Positions 17,165 through 26,826 of a DNA stretch of 44,242 nt are shown here, one piece after another. The notes below the pieces were generated by a model. The model made no database searches. It had not been told where the DNA came from and was given only the letters and a program-made list of their open reading frames with translations. Origin of the DNA: Candidatus Latescibacterota bacterium (GTDB lineage Bacteria; Latescibacterota; UBA2968; GCA-2709665); contig CAXXJS010000043.1 in NCBI GenBank assembly GCA_963662665.2, positions 1 to 44,242 of the forward strand. The letters are read 5' to 3'. The stretch's first letter is position 1, and every line of letters begins with the position of its first letter. A program made the position numbers and the translations under genes.

Positions 17165-19297
17165 ATGGACTACTTTCGCGCCAAACGCTATCTGAATACG
17201 CTGCAGGATTGGGAGAGGGACGGGGCGTCCTCGGGTAAGCCGGACGACTATCTGCCCCGGGTGCGTGCCCTGCTGCGCAGGATGGGAGAACCTCAGAAAG
17301 ACTTTGCGTCGGTCATTGTCGGCGGTACGAATGGCAAGGGGACGGTGGCCAACGTCCTGGCAGCCCTCATCCAGGCCTCGGGCCGCCGGACCGGTGTCTA
17401 CACGTCGCCTCATCTGCACACCATACGCGAACGTATCCGCATCGAAGGCAGGATTCCGGATAAGGATGAGTGGGCGAAAGCCGTCGCCGAACTTTACGGG
17501 CTAACGCGAGGATTCGAACAGGAGGGGTACGGTCCGTTTACCAGGTTCGAGGCGTTAACGGCGCTGGCTACGACCATATTCGCCGCGGCCGAAGTCGAGA
17601 TCGGGGTGTTCGAGGTGGGGTTGGGCGGCCGTTACGACGCGACCAATGCGTGGGATGCCAATGTGGCGGTCCTGACGCCTGTCGATCTGGATCACACCGA
17701 AGTTCTCGGCGATACGGTGGAGGCGATCGCGCTGGATAAGCTCGATATCGCCCGTACCGGCAGGCCGCTCTTCACTCCGGACACACAGAAACCCGAGGTG
17801 TTGGCGTTGTTGCGGCGCGAATGTCGTGAACGGGGTGTGGATCTTCGCGTTATCGGCGGTGAAACTGAGGGATGGTGTCGGGGCGCGGAGGGAGAATTAG
17901 AGCAACCCGACCTGACGGACCGGGGGTCCGTATTCCGGCAAAACGCCCGGCTGGCGGTTGCGGTCGCGCGCTACCTTGTGGGGCGGGACCTTACACAGGT
18001 GCGTATCCGTGAAGCATTGAATGGGCTACGGCTCCCTGGCAGGTTCGAGGTGGCGCGCCGGTCGCCCCGGGTCGTGCTGGATGGCGCGCACAACCCTGCG
18101 GCGGCGGCGGCCCTTGCCGGCGATTTGCGCAGGACGTCGGACCGGTGGACGTTTGTGGTTGGGGTGAACGCGGGTCATAACGCCCGGGGAATACTCGAGG
18201 CGATACAGCCGCTGGCGGGGCAGGTGATTCTGACGCGTTCTGACCACCCGAAAGCTCTGCCCGTGAACGTGTTGCGCGAGAGCTTGCCGGATAGGCTTGC
18301 CGCCTGCTGCGCGACGGACGTTTCAGAAGCGCTGGAGCGCGCGGGGTTGCGGGATGAGGATCCCGTGTGTATTATGGGATCGCTGCACCTGGTGGGCCGG
18401 GCGCGGGAAGCGCTGGGTCTCCCCTGTGAACGGGACGGTTTCGGGGAAGATCTTCACCGCGAAAGTCTGGCGTGCCTGGCAACGGCTTGCAGGAACCTCG
18501 GCCTTCCGTTGGAACCGGCTTCGAAAGACGGAAATCTGCTGGGCATCCGGCCGCCCGGCGCCGGTACGGTGTACTTTCTGCGCAACAAGCATCCGTTCAA
18601 CGACTACGTGTCCGCCCGTCTGGCGGAAGACAAGGCATACCAGTACGAGTTGTTTTCGCGTGCCGGGCTCGCGGTTCCCGAAACGCTCGCGGCGTTCAAC
18701 CCGTTTTCGGACGAACGGTTCGCGCGGTATCGGACCCATCCGTCCATCGACGCGATTCTGGACGAGGCGGAAGACCGATTCTCATATCCCGTGGTGGTCA
18801 AACGCAACCTGGGTTCGCTGGCGCAGGGGGTCTTTCTTGAGCGGGACCGGCGCTCGCTTGAGAATCGTTTGCGGGCACTGTTCGAAAACAGCGGTTTTCT
18901 GGACAATATAGTCCTGGTGCAGGATTACGTCTGCGGAACGGAATATCGGATCGTTGCCGCCGGAGAAGAATTATTGCTGGCATATGAGAAAGTCGGCGAA
19001 TCTCCGGGCAGGGATCTTAATCCGCTGCACGGGTCGTCCGGGTTAGCGAGGCGGGTGGATGCGCCGGAACTGATCGACGCGTTGTCGCAATTGGCGTCGG
19101 CCGTGTCGGGCGTGATCGAACTGGGGTTCTACGCGATCGATGTGATTCAGTCGCCGGCGGGATTCCAGGTGATTGAAATCAATCCGAACCCGATGTGTTA
19201 TTTTTACAACCTGCACAACGGTCGATCGGACTTCGTCGGTATCTACGAATGGCTGATGCGCAGATATCTTCCGGCTTCGGAGTCTGTAGACGTGTAA
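17165..19297 (+). CDS. folC: Folylpolyglutamate synthase/dihydrofolate synthase fused to a C-terminal ATP-grasp (RimK-like) domain
   Basis: GTNGKG, YTSPHL, RERI, EVGLGGRYDATN, DLDH, PGRFE and DGAHN motifs. Then DKAYQY, YPVVVKRNLGS...GVFL, VQDYV..EYRI, AIDVI...IEINPNP. Confidence 0.85.
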   Translation: MDYFRAKRYLNTLQDWERDGASSGKPDDYLPRVRALLRRMGEPQKDFASVIVGGTNGKGTVANVLAALIQASGRRTGVYTSPHLHTIRERIRIEGRIPDKDEWAKAVAELYGLTRGFEQEGYGPFTRFEALTALATTIFAAAEVEIGVFEVGLGGRYDATNAWDANVAVLTPVDLDHTEVLGDTVEAIALDKLDIARTGRPLFTPDTQKPEVLALLRRECRERGVDLRVIGGETEGWCRGAEGELEQPDLTDRGSVFRQNARLAVAVARYLVGRDLTQVRIREALNGLRLPGRFEVARRSPRVVLDGAHNPAAAAALAGDLRRTSDRWTFVVGVNAGHNARGILEAIQPLAGQVILTRSDHPKALPVNVLRESLPDRLAACCATDVSEALERAGLRDEDPVCIMGSLHLVGRAREALGLPCERDGFGEDLHRESLACLATACRNLGLPLEPASKDGNLLGIRPPGAGTVYFLRNKHPFNDYVSARLAEDKAYQYELFSRAGLAVPETLAAFNPFSDERFARYRTHPSIDAILDEAEDRFSYPVVVKRNLGSLAQGVFLERDRRSLENRLRALFENSGFLDNIVLVQDYVCGTEYRIVAAGEELLLAYEKVGESPGRDLNPLHGSSGLARRVDAPELIDALSQLASAVSGVIELGFYAIDVIQSPAGFQVIEINPNPMCYFYNLHNGRSDFVGIYEWLMRRYLPASESVDV

Positions 19298-19366
19298 GTC
19301 CGCGAAACGCCGCGTCGCTGATTCCTGCACGACACTGCTGATCCGGGATCCCGGAAAGGAAGCGCC

Positions 19367-20104
19367 ATGCCACTCACTGCAGCCCAACTGGAACAGTATC
19401 GCGCCGAAGGCTATGCCGTCGGCAGCCGGATACTGGAAGACAATACGCTGTCCCGGTTGCGCGACGAATTGGATTCGATTATCGAGAACCTTCCACAAGG
19501 CAGACGGCCGGAGAACATGCCATCGCTTCACTACGAAAACGAATACCTCCGTGACCTGTTTCTTGACGACCGTCTCATCGACGTGGCGGCGCAGATCGTA
19601 GGGCCGGACGTCGCGCTTTTCACTTCCTACGTGATAAGCAAACGCCCCGACGACGGCCTGGCGGTAGACTGGCATCAGGACGCGGCATTTTTTCCCATCG
19701 AGCCGATGGATACGTTCACCCTCTGGCTGGCGGTGGACGACTCCAATGTGGAGAACGGCTGTATGCGGGTGATTCCCGGCACCCACCGGCAGCAGGCCGT
19801 GTTGCTTCACAAGGTGGATCTCAACTCCGGGACGACGCTGCCGATGTCACTGTGTGACCTTGATCTTTCGGAAGCCAGGGACGTGCAATTGGGGGCGGGT
19901 GAGTATTCGGTTCACGATCCCTGGATTCTGCATGGGTCCAATCCCAACAGGTCATCGCACAGACGGTGCGGCATTACGCTGAAATACATCTCCACCCACG
20001 CCTCTATCGACCGCACGTTCCGTTCTCCATCCGGGTTCGACTGGGACGGGCTCCGGCTCTACCTGGCGCGGGGAAACCCGGGCCGCCACACCTATGTGAA
20101 CTGA
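19367..20104 (+). CDS. Phytanoyl-CoA dioxygenase family (Fe/2-OG) protein
   Basis: WHQD, WLAVDDSNVENGCMRVIPGTH, LHGSNPNRS..RR. Confidence 0.9.
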   Translation: MPLTAAQLEQYRAEGYAVGSRILEDNTLSRLRDELDSIIENLPQGRRPENMPSLHYENEYLRDLFLDDRLIDVAAQIVGPDVALFTSYVISKRPDDGLAVDWHQDAAFFPIEPMDTFTLWLAVDDSNVENGCMRVIPGTHRQQAVLLHKVDLNSGTTLPMSLCDLDLSEARDVQLGAGEYSVHDPWILHGSNPNRSSHRRCGITLKYISTHASIDRTFRSPSGFDWDGLRLYLARGNPGRHTYVN

Positions 20105-20148
20105 TTCTCAGGGGTTTTCAGTATACCCGCCGAGATAACTGACAGAAA

Positions 20149-21813
20149 ATGACGAATCGCAGCCATCGTTTTATCCTGCTGGCCGACCTCCACCTTTCGG
20201 ACAATCCGGACACGGCGGCCCACCAGGCGCTCCAGTGGGCCGTCGACCGCGTGAATCTGGAAAGGCCGGATTTCCTGGCCGTGGGGGGAGATATTACGAC
20301 CTTCTCGACGGCCGGTTCGGCCTCGCGGTGCCTCGAAGCGCTGGAACGGGTGGAGGCGCCGGTTCTCTTTACCCCGGGAAACGCGGAACGTCGGGGCCAA
20401 CACGCGATGTCGGTGCTCGGAGCCCTGGCGTCGCCCGAACGACGGGTGGCCGTATTCCACGACCTTCTGGTCCTTCTTCCCGATACGTCCACGGGGTCGC
20501 TTCCGGGTGAGGAGCGTTTGTGGCTGGACCGGAGCGTACGGCTAAAAAACGCGAAACGCCGGGTGGTCATCACCCATTATCCCCTGGACAGGATGGACGC
20601 GGAGGGCCGGACGTGGCTGATGCGCTGGCTTTCGGAGAACGGTGTCGAACTTTTTGCCGCGGGACACAGCCACTACCACCGCACCCGGCGCGAAAACGGC
20701 TTCGTGGAAGCCGTGGTCCGCGGGCTGGATCCGGACAAGGCGATCGGAGATCTTCCGGGAATCAGCCTCTTCGCGAGCGAGAAAGAGGGGACATGGACGG
20801 AGACATTTATCCCCTGGTCGCCAGCGATCCGGCTACTGCCGGCGGATCTCCCGAGTGGAATGCTGCCGGTGGGCTGGTCGATTCAGGGCGACCCCATGGC
20901 GGCCGTCCGGGAGACACTGGGTTCCGGCGTTTCCTGCCTGGAGATCCGACCTGCGGAACTCGATTTTTCATTGCGCACGCTTGCCGAGGGGCTTGATGAA
21001 CTTCGGGATCGAGGTCCTCTTTTTCTCTCCTATCATTTGCCCGACCTGAAATTGAACTTGAGATCAGGACGCGTCGAGGGGGTCGACGCGGTCCGGGCGC
21101 ACCTGAATTGCGCGATGGAGGCGGGGGTGGACAGCCTCACCGTCCACGTACCCAGGGCGAGCGCCAGCGCGATGGAGCGCGTTCAGGCGGGGCAGCCGGA
21201 GCCGACGGGATATTTCGGGACCTTCGCGGAAACTTTCGCGAGCCTCTTCAGGGCGGCGGCTTGTGCCGGCGTGGGGATCGCAATTGAGAATATCCACAAT
21301 CCCATCAACACGCCGGCGGATTCGCCGGACCGGGAATTCGCCACGCGGATCGATGAGTACCTGAGATGGATCGAGGCCGTGGCGCAAGAAATGGCGGATG
21401 CGCCGGAAGCGAGGGTAGGCGCCCTGCTGGACGTGGGCCACGCACGGAACAACGGTGGCGATCTGGACAATCTGCAACCCCTCGGCGACTGGTATGCCTG
21501 CCTGGGCCGGCGTATTCTGGGGTATCACATCCACCAGGTGGACACCGATCCCGTGACGGGCGCGCTTTCCAACCATCATGAAATTTCGGAATTGTTCGGC
21601 AGTCGGATCTCCTTCGCCGGTTTTCTCTGGGCGTGGTCCACGCACCAGATCACACGGGGCCCTCTCTTCGTAGAGGTCCGCGATGACCAGGGGCGGCGGA
21701 ATACCCTCCGGCGGTTCAAGCGGCTATTCGAAGACGCGCAAAGGATCCGGGAGGCCGGGGATCTGCCCGACAGAAGAACCTGCGCAGACACCGGAGCTAT
21801 CGATGATTCCTGA
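20149..21813 (+). CDS. Metallophosphoesterase fused to a sugar-phosphate isomerase/epimerase (AP endonuclease 2-like TIM barrel) domain
   Basis: ADLH, GGDI, PGNAE, THYP, GHSH. Then SYHLP, TVHVP, AIENI, LLDVGHA, YHIHQ, FVEV. Confidence 0.75.
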   Translation: MTNRSHRFILLADLHLSDNPDTAAHQALQWAVDRVNLERPDFLAVGGDITTFSTAGSASRCLEALERVEAPVLFTPGNAERRGQHAMSVLGALASPERRVAVFHDLLVLLPDTSTGSLPGEERLWLDRSVRLKNAKRRVVITHYPLDRMDAEGRTWLMRWLSENGVELFAAGHSHYHRTRRENGFVEAVVRGLDPDKAIGDLPGISLFASEKEGTWTETFIPWSPAIRLLPADLPSGMLPVGWSIQGDPMAAVRETLGSGVSCLEIRPAELDFSLRTLAEGLDELRDRGPLFLSYHLPDLKLNLRSGRVEGVDAVRAHLNCAMEAGVDSLTVHVPRASASAMERVQAGQPEPTGYFGTFAETFASLFRAAACAGVGIAIENIHNPINTPADSPDREFATRIDEYLRWIEAVAQEMADAPEARVGALLDVGHARNNGGDLDNLQPLGDWYACLGRRILGYHIHQVDTDPVTGALSNHHEISELFGSRISFAGFLWAWSTHQITRGPLFVEVRDDQGRRNTLRRFKRLFEDAQRIREAGDLPDRRTCADTGAIDDS

Positions 21814-22008
21814 ACGTGAGGTGACGGGACCGCCATTCCGGCGTGGCGAACGGATCGGCCGCCGGTTCAGGCGGCGTACGCGTTCCGCACGGAGCGGTGG
21901 ACAACCTCGGCATCAATCTGTTTCTCGACGAGGTCGAACGCAGGTTCGGTCCTCTTAACGTCATTCCGTGCAATAATTCCGAGCGGATTGCAAGATAGGA
22001 ATTCCTGC

Positions 22009-22821
22009 ATGTCCGGACGGTCAAACGTGCCGCTAGCCGTGGTGACCGGCGCCGCCAGCGGCATTGGAAAGGCCACCGTCGAGCGCTTTGTCGACGAGGG
22101 GTTCAGTACGGCCGTCCTGGACCGATCGCAAGAAGGTCTCGACAGGCTGAAACAATCGAAAATCGGCCCGGGCATCCACGCGTTCCCCTGCGACCTGGCC
22201 GACGTTGGGACCCTCACCCCGCTCGCCGGGCGGATTGTTGAGGAGTTAGGTGCGCCGCGCGTGCTGGTCAACAACGCGGGTGTGTGTCTTTACGCGGATA
22301 TTACGGAAACCACGGACGAGATGTGGGAGGTGTCCCTTAACACAAATCTTGTTGGCGCATCCGCGCTGATCCGTGGGTTTGTGCCGGGGATGAAACGGTT
22401 GGAGGGGGCGGCTATCGTCAACGTGGCTTCCCGCAATGCCCTGTCGAGCAGCCCGCGCGCGGCGACTTATGACGCCGCAAAGGCCGCGCTGCTGGCCCTC
22501 ACGCGCACGCTTGCCGTTGAACTGGGCGGCGACGGCATCCGCGTGAACGCTGTGCTGCCGGGGTTTATCGACACGCCGATTCACGGAGACCTGCTCGAAG
22601 ACCGGGTTTTCGTAGAGAACTATCTGAAGCTGATACCGCTCAACCGCATTGGCAGACCCGAAGACATCGCCAACATCATCTTCTTCCTGGCTTCGGACCG
22701 GGCTGCGTTCGTCACCGGACAAGGGATCGTGGCTGACGGGGGGCAGATGTCGGGCCAGAATTACGTCAAGGTGTTCGGAGAACGGGATTCGTTCCGGGTT
22801 CGCCAGGAACCCGAAACATAA
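22009..22821 (+). CDS. SDR family oxidoreductase
   Basis: TGAASGIG, NNAG, S...YDAAK, VNAVLPG, VTGQ..ADGG. Confidence 0.93.
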   Translation: MSGRSNVPLAVVTGAASGIGKATVERFVDEGFSTAVLDRSQEGLDRLKQSKIGPGIHAFPCDLADVGTLTPLAGRIVEELGAPRVLVNNAGVCLYADITETTDEMWEVSLNTNLVGASALIRGFVPGMKRLEGAAIVNVASRNALSSSPRAATYDAAKAALLALTRTLAVELGGDGIRVNAVLPGFIDTPIHGDLLEDRVFVENYLKLIPLNRIGRPEDIANIIFFLASDRAAFVTGQGIVADGGQMSGQNYVKVFGERDSFRVRQEPET

Positions 22822-22836
22822 GATTGGAACCCGGCT

Positions 22837-24003
22837 ATGGCTTCGTCACCGGTCATCGCACAGGTCAGGGTCTGGGAAGTCACGGTTCCTTTGCTGGAGG
22901 AATGGGCCGCCAGCCCCGTATTCGGGGAAAACCCAACCGGTATAGACGACCGGTACGTGCTGCGCATCACGGACGGAGACGGGTTCGAAGGGTGGGGAGA
23001 GGCGGTAAGGTCTGGCTCGCGGTCGTCCGCCGACGAGGCACTGTCCGATCTCGTGGACAGTTCAGTTTCCGACTTCAGACTTTCCTTCCTGGACCTGTGG
23101 CCCGAAGGTACACTTTACTGGCAGCGCCCGCCGCCTCCTTCTCCGTATGCTGCCGATCCGGCCAATTTGCAGCACAGGCTGCGCCACCCGCTTCAGGCTC
23201 TCGTGGAGATGGCCCTCAGCGACCTTACCGCCAGGCGCGCCGGCCTGCCCCTGTGCGCGCTGTGGGGGGGCGCGTGGCGGGATCGGGTGCCCGTGGACTA
23301 CTGGATGCCGCGCACCACCCCCGACCACGCAGTGAGGTGTGTTGAGAGGGGAAAAGCACTCGGCTTTCGCGGGGTCAAACTGAAGACGTCGCTCGAAGAC
23401 CCCAATGTCGAACGGCTGGAAGCCATCCGGCAGGCCGCGGCGGACTGTGAGGTCACCGTGGATGCCAACGGCCGTTTCTACCGGTTGGATGACGCGATAT
23501 CGGTGCTCCGGGAAATGGATCGGGTGGGCAACATGGCCATCCTTGAGGATCCGTTTCCCCGGTTTCACCTCGAGGAATTCGCCGAATTGCGCCGCCGCAT
23601 GAACGCACGCCTCGTTGTGCACGTCGATCCGCCTGAATCGCTGTGGAACGTGCTGACGTCGGGCGCCGCGGGAGGCCTGAACATCGACGGCGCCTGCGGC
23701 CTTTTCAACTGGCGGCTGCAGGCCGCTGCGGCGGCGCAGGCGAACCTTTCCGTCTGGCAGGGCAGCGGGATCGACCTGGGGATTGCCACGGCGGCTCAAC
23801 TTCACCTTTCCGCCAGCGCGCCCAACTGCACGCTTCCGGGCGACCAGGCGGGGCCGTGGCTGCGGGAGTCTCATCTGCTGACCCGGGACTTGGAGGTCGA
23901 AAGCGGCCATATCCAGCTTCCAGACGGTCCAGGCATGGGGGTTGAAGTCAACCTTGACGAGGTGGATGGCTACTGCACGCACCACCGGACCTGGCAGGCC
24001 TGA
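22837..24003 (+). CDS. Mandelate racemase/muconate lactonizing enzyme (enolase superfamily)
   Basis: GFEGWGE, EMALSDL, KLK, VDAN, EDP, PDGPGMGV. Confidence 0.85.
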   Translation: MASSPVIAQVRVWEVTVPLLEEWAASPVFGENPTGIDDRYVLRITDGDGFEGWGEAVRSGSRSSADEALSDLVDSSVSDFRLSFLDLWPEGTLYWQRPPPPSPYAADPANLQHRLRHPLQALVEMALSDLTARRAGLPLCALWGGAWRDRVPVDYWMPRTTPDHAVRCVERGKALGFRGVKLKTSLEDPNVERLEAIRQAAADCEVTVDANGRFYRLDDAISVLREMDRVGNMAILEDPFPRFHLEEFAELRRRMNARLVVHVDPPESLWNVLTSGAAGGLNIDGACGLFNWRLQAAAAAQANLSVWQGSGIDLGIATAAQLHLSASAPNCTLPGDQAGPWLRESHLLTRDLEVESGHIQLPDGPGMGVEVNLDEVDGYCTHHRTWQA

Positions 24004-24059
24004 AAAATGCGCGACGCGCATTACTCTAAGGCGGGGAGAGGGTAGACGGAGGCTTGCTG

Positions 24060-24512
24060 ATGGCGTTTACGAAGGTCCATCACGTCAAATACACGGTAGG
24101 CGACCTGGACAGGTCGCTCGCGTTCTATCGGGATCTGCTGGGGTTTGAGGTGACCTATGAGGCCGCTCGGGAGGGACTGGCTTCCTATAATATCATAATG
24201 AATATGCGGGATGTCAGGTTACGGGTGGCTATGCTGCTGCACAGGCCAACGGGCTTTGTCGTGGGCCTGGTTCAATTTCAGAACCCGGCAGCAACCGAAC
24301 GTGAATTGCGAAACAACTACGTCGGCGCCTCCAGCCTGGCGCTGCAGGTGGAAGACGCGGCGGCTGAATACGAACGGCTGACTTCTTCGGGCGTGGCCGC
24401 AATGAGCCCGCCCACGGAGATCGTCCGCGACGGGAAGGCGGCCGCGGTTGCATTTTATATTCTGGATCCCGATGGCATTCCCATAGAGATCTGGCAGCCC
24501 CTGGAAGTGTGA
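24060..24512 (+). CDS. VOC/glyoxalase family protein
   Basis: HHVKYTVGDLDRSLAFYRDLLG ... DPDGIPIEI; GGAGG RBS. Confidence 0.9.
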   Translation: MAFTKVHHVKYTVGDLDRSLAFYRDLLGFEVTYEAAREGLASYNIIMNMRDVRLRVAMLLHRPTGFVVGLVQFQNPAATERELRNNYVGASSLALQVEDAAAEYERLTSSGVAAMSPPTEIVRDGKAAAVAFYILDPDGIPIEIWQPLEV

Positions 24513-24551
24513 CGAACCGACGGGGGAACACCCTGGAACAGGAGGTGACAG

Positions 24552-26726
24552 GTGGCGATTCAGGTGCGAGGCAGTGTCGTCGACGATTCATCGGGAAACG
24601 GTATTGCCAGAGTTCCCGTTTCGAACGGAGAGCGGATCGTACAGACGGACGGAGCGGGTCGATACGAACTCACGGTGGAATCCGGTGTACACCGGTTCGT
24701 GTTTATCACGCTTCCCGACGGGTATAGCGCGGGCGACGGGTACTTCAGGTCCACCTTGCACTGGTCGAAGACGCGCGACGGGGTGGATTTTCGGCTTTCG
24801 CAGTCTCCCAAACGGTCCGGGCGATCATTCACGCTCGCGCAGATTACCGATGCGCACATTGTCACCGAAGGAGAAACGCACACTTCGGGACCCGTATTGG
24901 CGGAAGCACTGCAGCAACTCGAAACGGAGGCCGGCCCCGACTTGATAGTGGCCAGCGGCGACCTTACGGATTGGGGGACGATTGACCAGTTGACCGCCTT
25001 TACCGACGCCGTCCGGACGATTTCGACTCCGGTTTTCCCGCTGTTCGGCGGGCACGACGGGAACCAGGAGCGCATGGGCGGTATTTCCATTGACGCGTTC
25101 GTTGCAATGAAGGCGACGCCGAACAACCCGGAGCTGAAAGAGATTGTAAGAAAGTTCGAAGGCCTGCCGGCTACGCTGCACTTCGAGGCGGCGCTGGGAC
25201 CAACGTATTACAGCCTGGATTGGGGCGGGCGCCATTTTGCGTTCTTTCCGAATGAAGACGCGTACTACCCTCCGGCGGACCTCGAACGCAAGGCGCAGTG
25301 GCTCCGGGCGGACCTCGGGCTGCAACTTCCGGACCGCGAAATCGTAGTCGTTGTACACGCGCCGCCGCCGGAGTCATTTCTGCGCGATCTCAGCAGGTAC
25401 AACGTCCGACTCGTCCTGCACGGACACTGGCACTCCAGCAAGGTTTTTTCGTACGGCGATATGGTCGTGGCCGCCGCCCCGCCCGTCTGTTTCGGTGGAA
25501 TCGACACCTCTCCCCGGGGTTACCGCACGGTGAAATTCAGCGATCATGGCGCGGACCTGGGCCTCGGCGTACTCCAGGCCGCCAACGCCGCGCCAAAGTC
25601 CCGGGAGATTTCCCCGCGAGACATTGGGTTCGGCGGTGGTTCGCTCCGCCTGCAATGGGAGCGGAAGATTCCGGGCGGGCTTCACCGGGCGGCGCCGGTG
25701 TCTTGCGGAGAACGCGTGTTTCTCAGCCTGCGCGACGAAGGCTGGCCGGGACGCGCGGGCGTATGCTGCCTCGATGCCGCGAGCGGGGATATGATCTGGC
25801 ATGCCGAGACGGATGCGGCTGTAAAGAACAGCGTGGCTGTCGACGGCGGCGTTTGTGCGGCGGTGTCTGTAACCGGTCGCGTGCACTTGATGGACGCGGC
25901 ATCGGGCGCCACGACGTGGGAGGCAGACCTGCCTGAGTATCCCGGGCGCTGGGTTTATACCTCTCCGGTCATCGCGGATGGAACGGTTTACGCAGGCGCC
26001 AGGGCGGGTTACGCGGCTTTCGATCTGGCCTCCGGGTGCCGGCTCTGGCATACGGTAAACGCAGACAGTGACAACTGGGCGTGTTACGCCAGCCCGCAGG
26101 TTTCCGGAGACCTGCTTCTCCTGCTTATACAGCGGCGGGGGCTTGTTGCGCTGGACCGCGAGACAGGAGACGTGGTCTGGGAACGGCCGGCGGGTGTCGA
26201 ATTCCCCTATGCCAGACCGGTTCTGTCAGGAGACCTGATCGTGAGCGGCGGCGGCTCGTCCGACCTTCACCACTTCTCCGGCGAGGCCGCGTTTCTCATC
26301 GCCGTCGAAAAGGACTCCGGCGGGGTCGTCTGGGAGAGATCGATCTTGCCGTCCAGGTACCCCACGGGACTTCAAGTCCATGACGATCGGATCTACGCGA
26401 CCACGCCCGATGGCGAGGCTCTCTGTTTCCACGTGGACGACGGTACATTGCACTGGCGGTTTCAGGTGGGAGACGACCTGCTGGATATGATTCCGTATCG
26501 CCGTGGTGTGCGGTCCATCCTGGCCGCTCCCGTTATGTTTGAGGACTACCTTCTGGTCTGTGGTTGTGACGGGTCTATTTACGTCCTGGACCCCGCGACC
26601 GGCGACTGCCGCGGCAGCGGCGCCTTCGGCTCTCCGATCACGGCGTCTCCATGCACAGTAGAGGGCGGGCTGGTTGTTGGAACGTATGACGGGCGGGTCT
26701 TCTGTTTTGAAAGAACAGGGTCCTAA
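24552..26726 (+). CDS. Metallophosphoesterase with C-terminal PQQ-like (BamB-type) beta-propeller
   Basis: TDAH, SGDL, GGHD, HGHWH. Repeated LDA.SG...W and SPV..DG.VY motifs. GGAGG RBS before GTG start. Confidence 0.85.
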   Translation: MAIQVRGSVVDDSSGNGIARVPVSNGERIVQTDGAGRYELTVESGVHRFVFITLPDGYSAGDGYFRSTLHWSKTRDGVDFRLSQSPKRSGRSFTLAQITDAHIVTEGETHTSGPVLAEALQQLETEAGPDLIVASGDLTDWGTIDQLTAFTDAVRTISTPVFPLFGGHDGNQERMGGISIDAFVAMKATPNNPELKEIVRKFEGLPATLHFEAALGPTYYSLDWGGRHFAFFPNEDAYYPPADLERKAQWLRADLGLQLPDREIVVVVHAPPPESFLRDLSRYNVRLVLHGHWHSSKVFSYGDMVVAAAPPVCFGGIDTSPRGYRTVKFSDHGADLGLGVLQAANAAPKSREISPRDIGFGGGSLRLQWERKIPGGLHRAAPVSCGERVFLSLRDEGWPGRAGVCCLDAASGDMIWHAETDAAVKNSVAVDGGVCAAVSVTGRVHLMDAASGATTWEADLPEYPGRWVYTSPVIADGTVYAGARAGYAAFDLASGCRLWHTVNADSDNWACYASPQVSGDLLLLLIQRRGLVALDRETGDVVWERPAGVEFPYARPVLSGDLIVSGGGSSDLHHFSGEAAFLIAVEKDSGGVVWERSILPSRYPTGLQVHDDRIYATTPDGEALCFHVDDGTLHWRFQVGDDLLDMIPYRRGVRSILAAPVMFEDYLLVCGCDGSIYVLDPATGDCRGSGAFGSPITASPCTVEGGLVVGTYDGRVFCFERTGS

Positions 26727-26826
26727 TATTGAAGAAGGTAGTGTTCCGGGATGGGACAATTGACCCCGTTGCGGCGCGAAACGTACCGCCGTGGGGATGC
26801 GAGGCCCATTTGGAGTGTAGTCCGTG

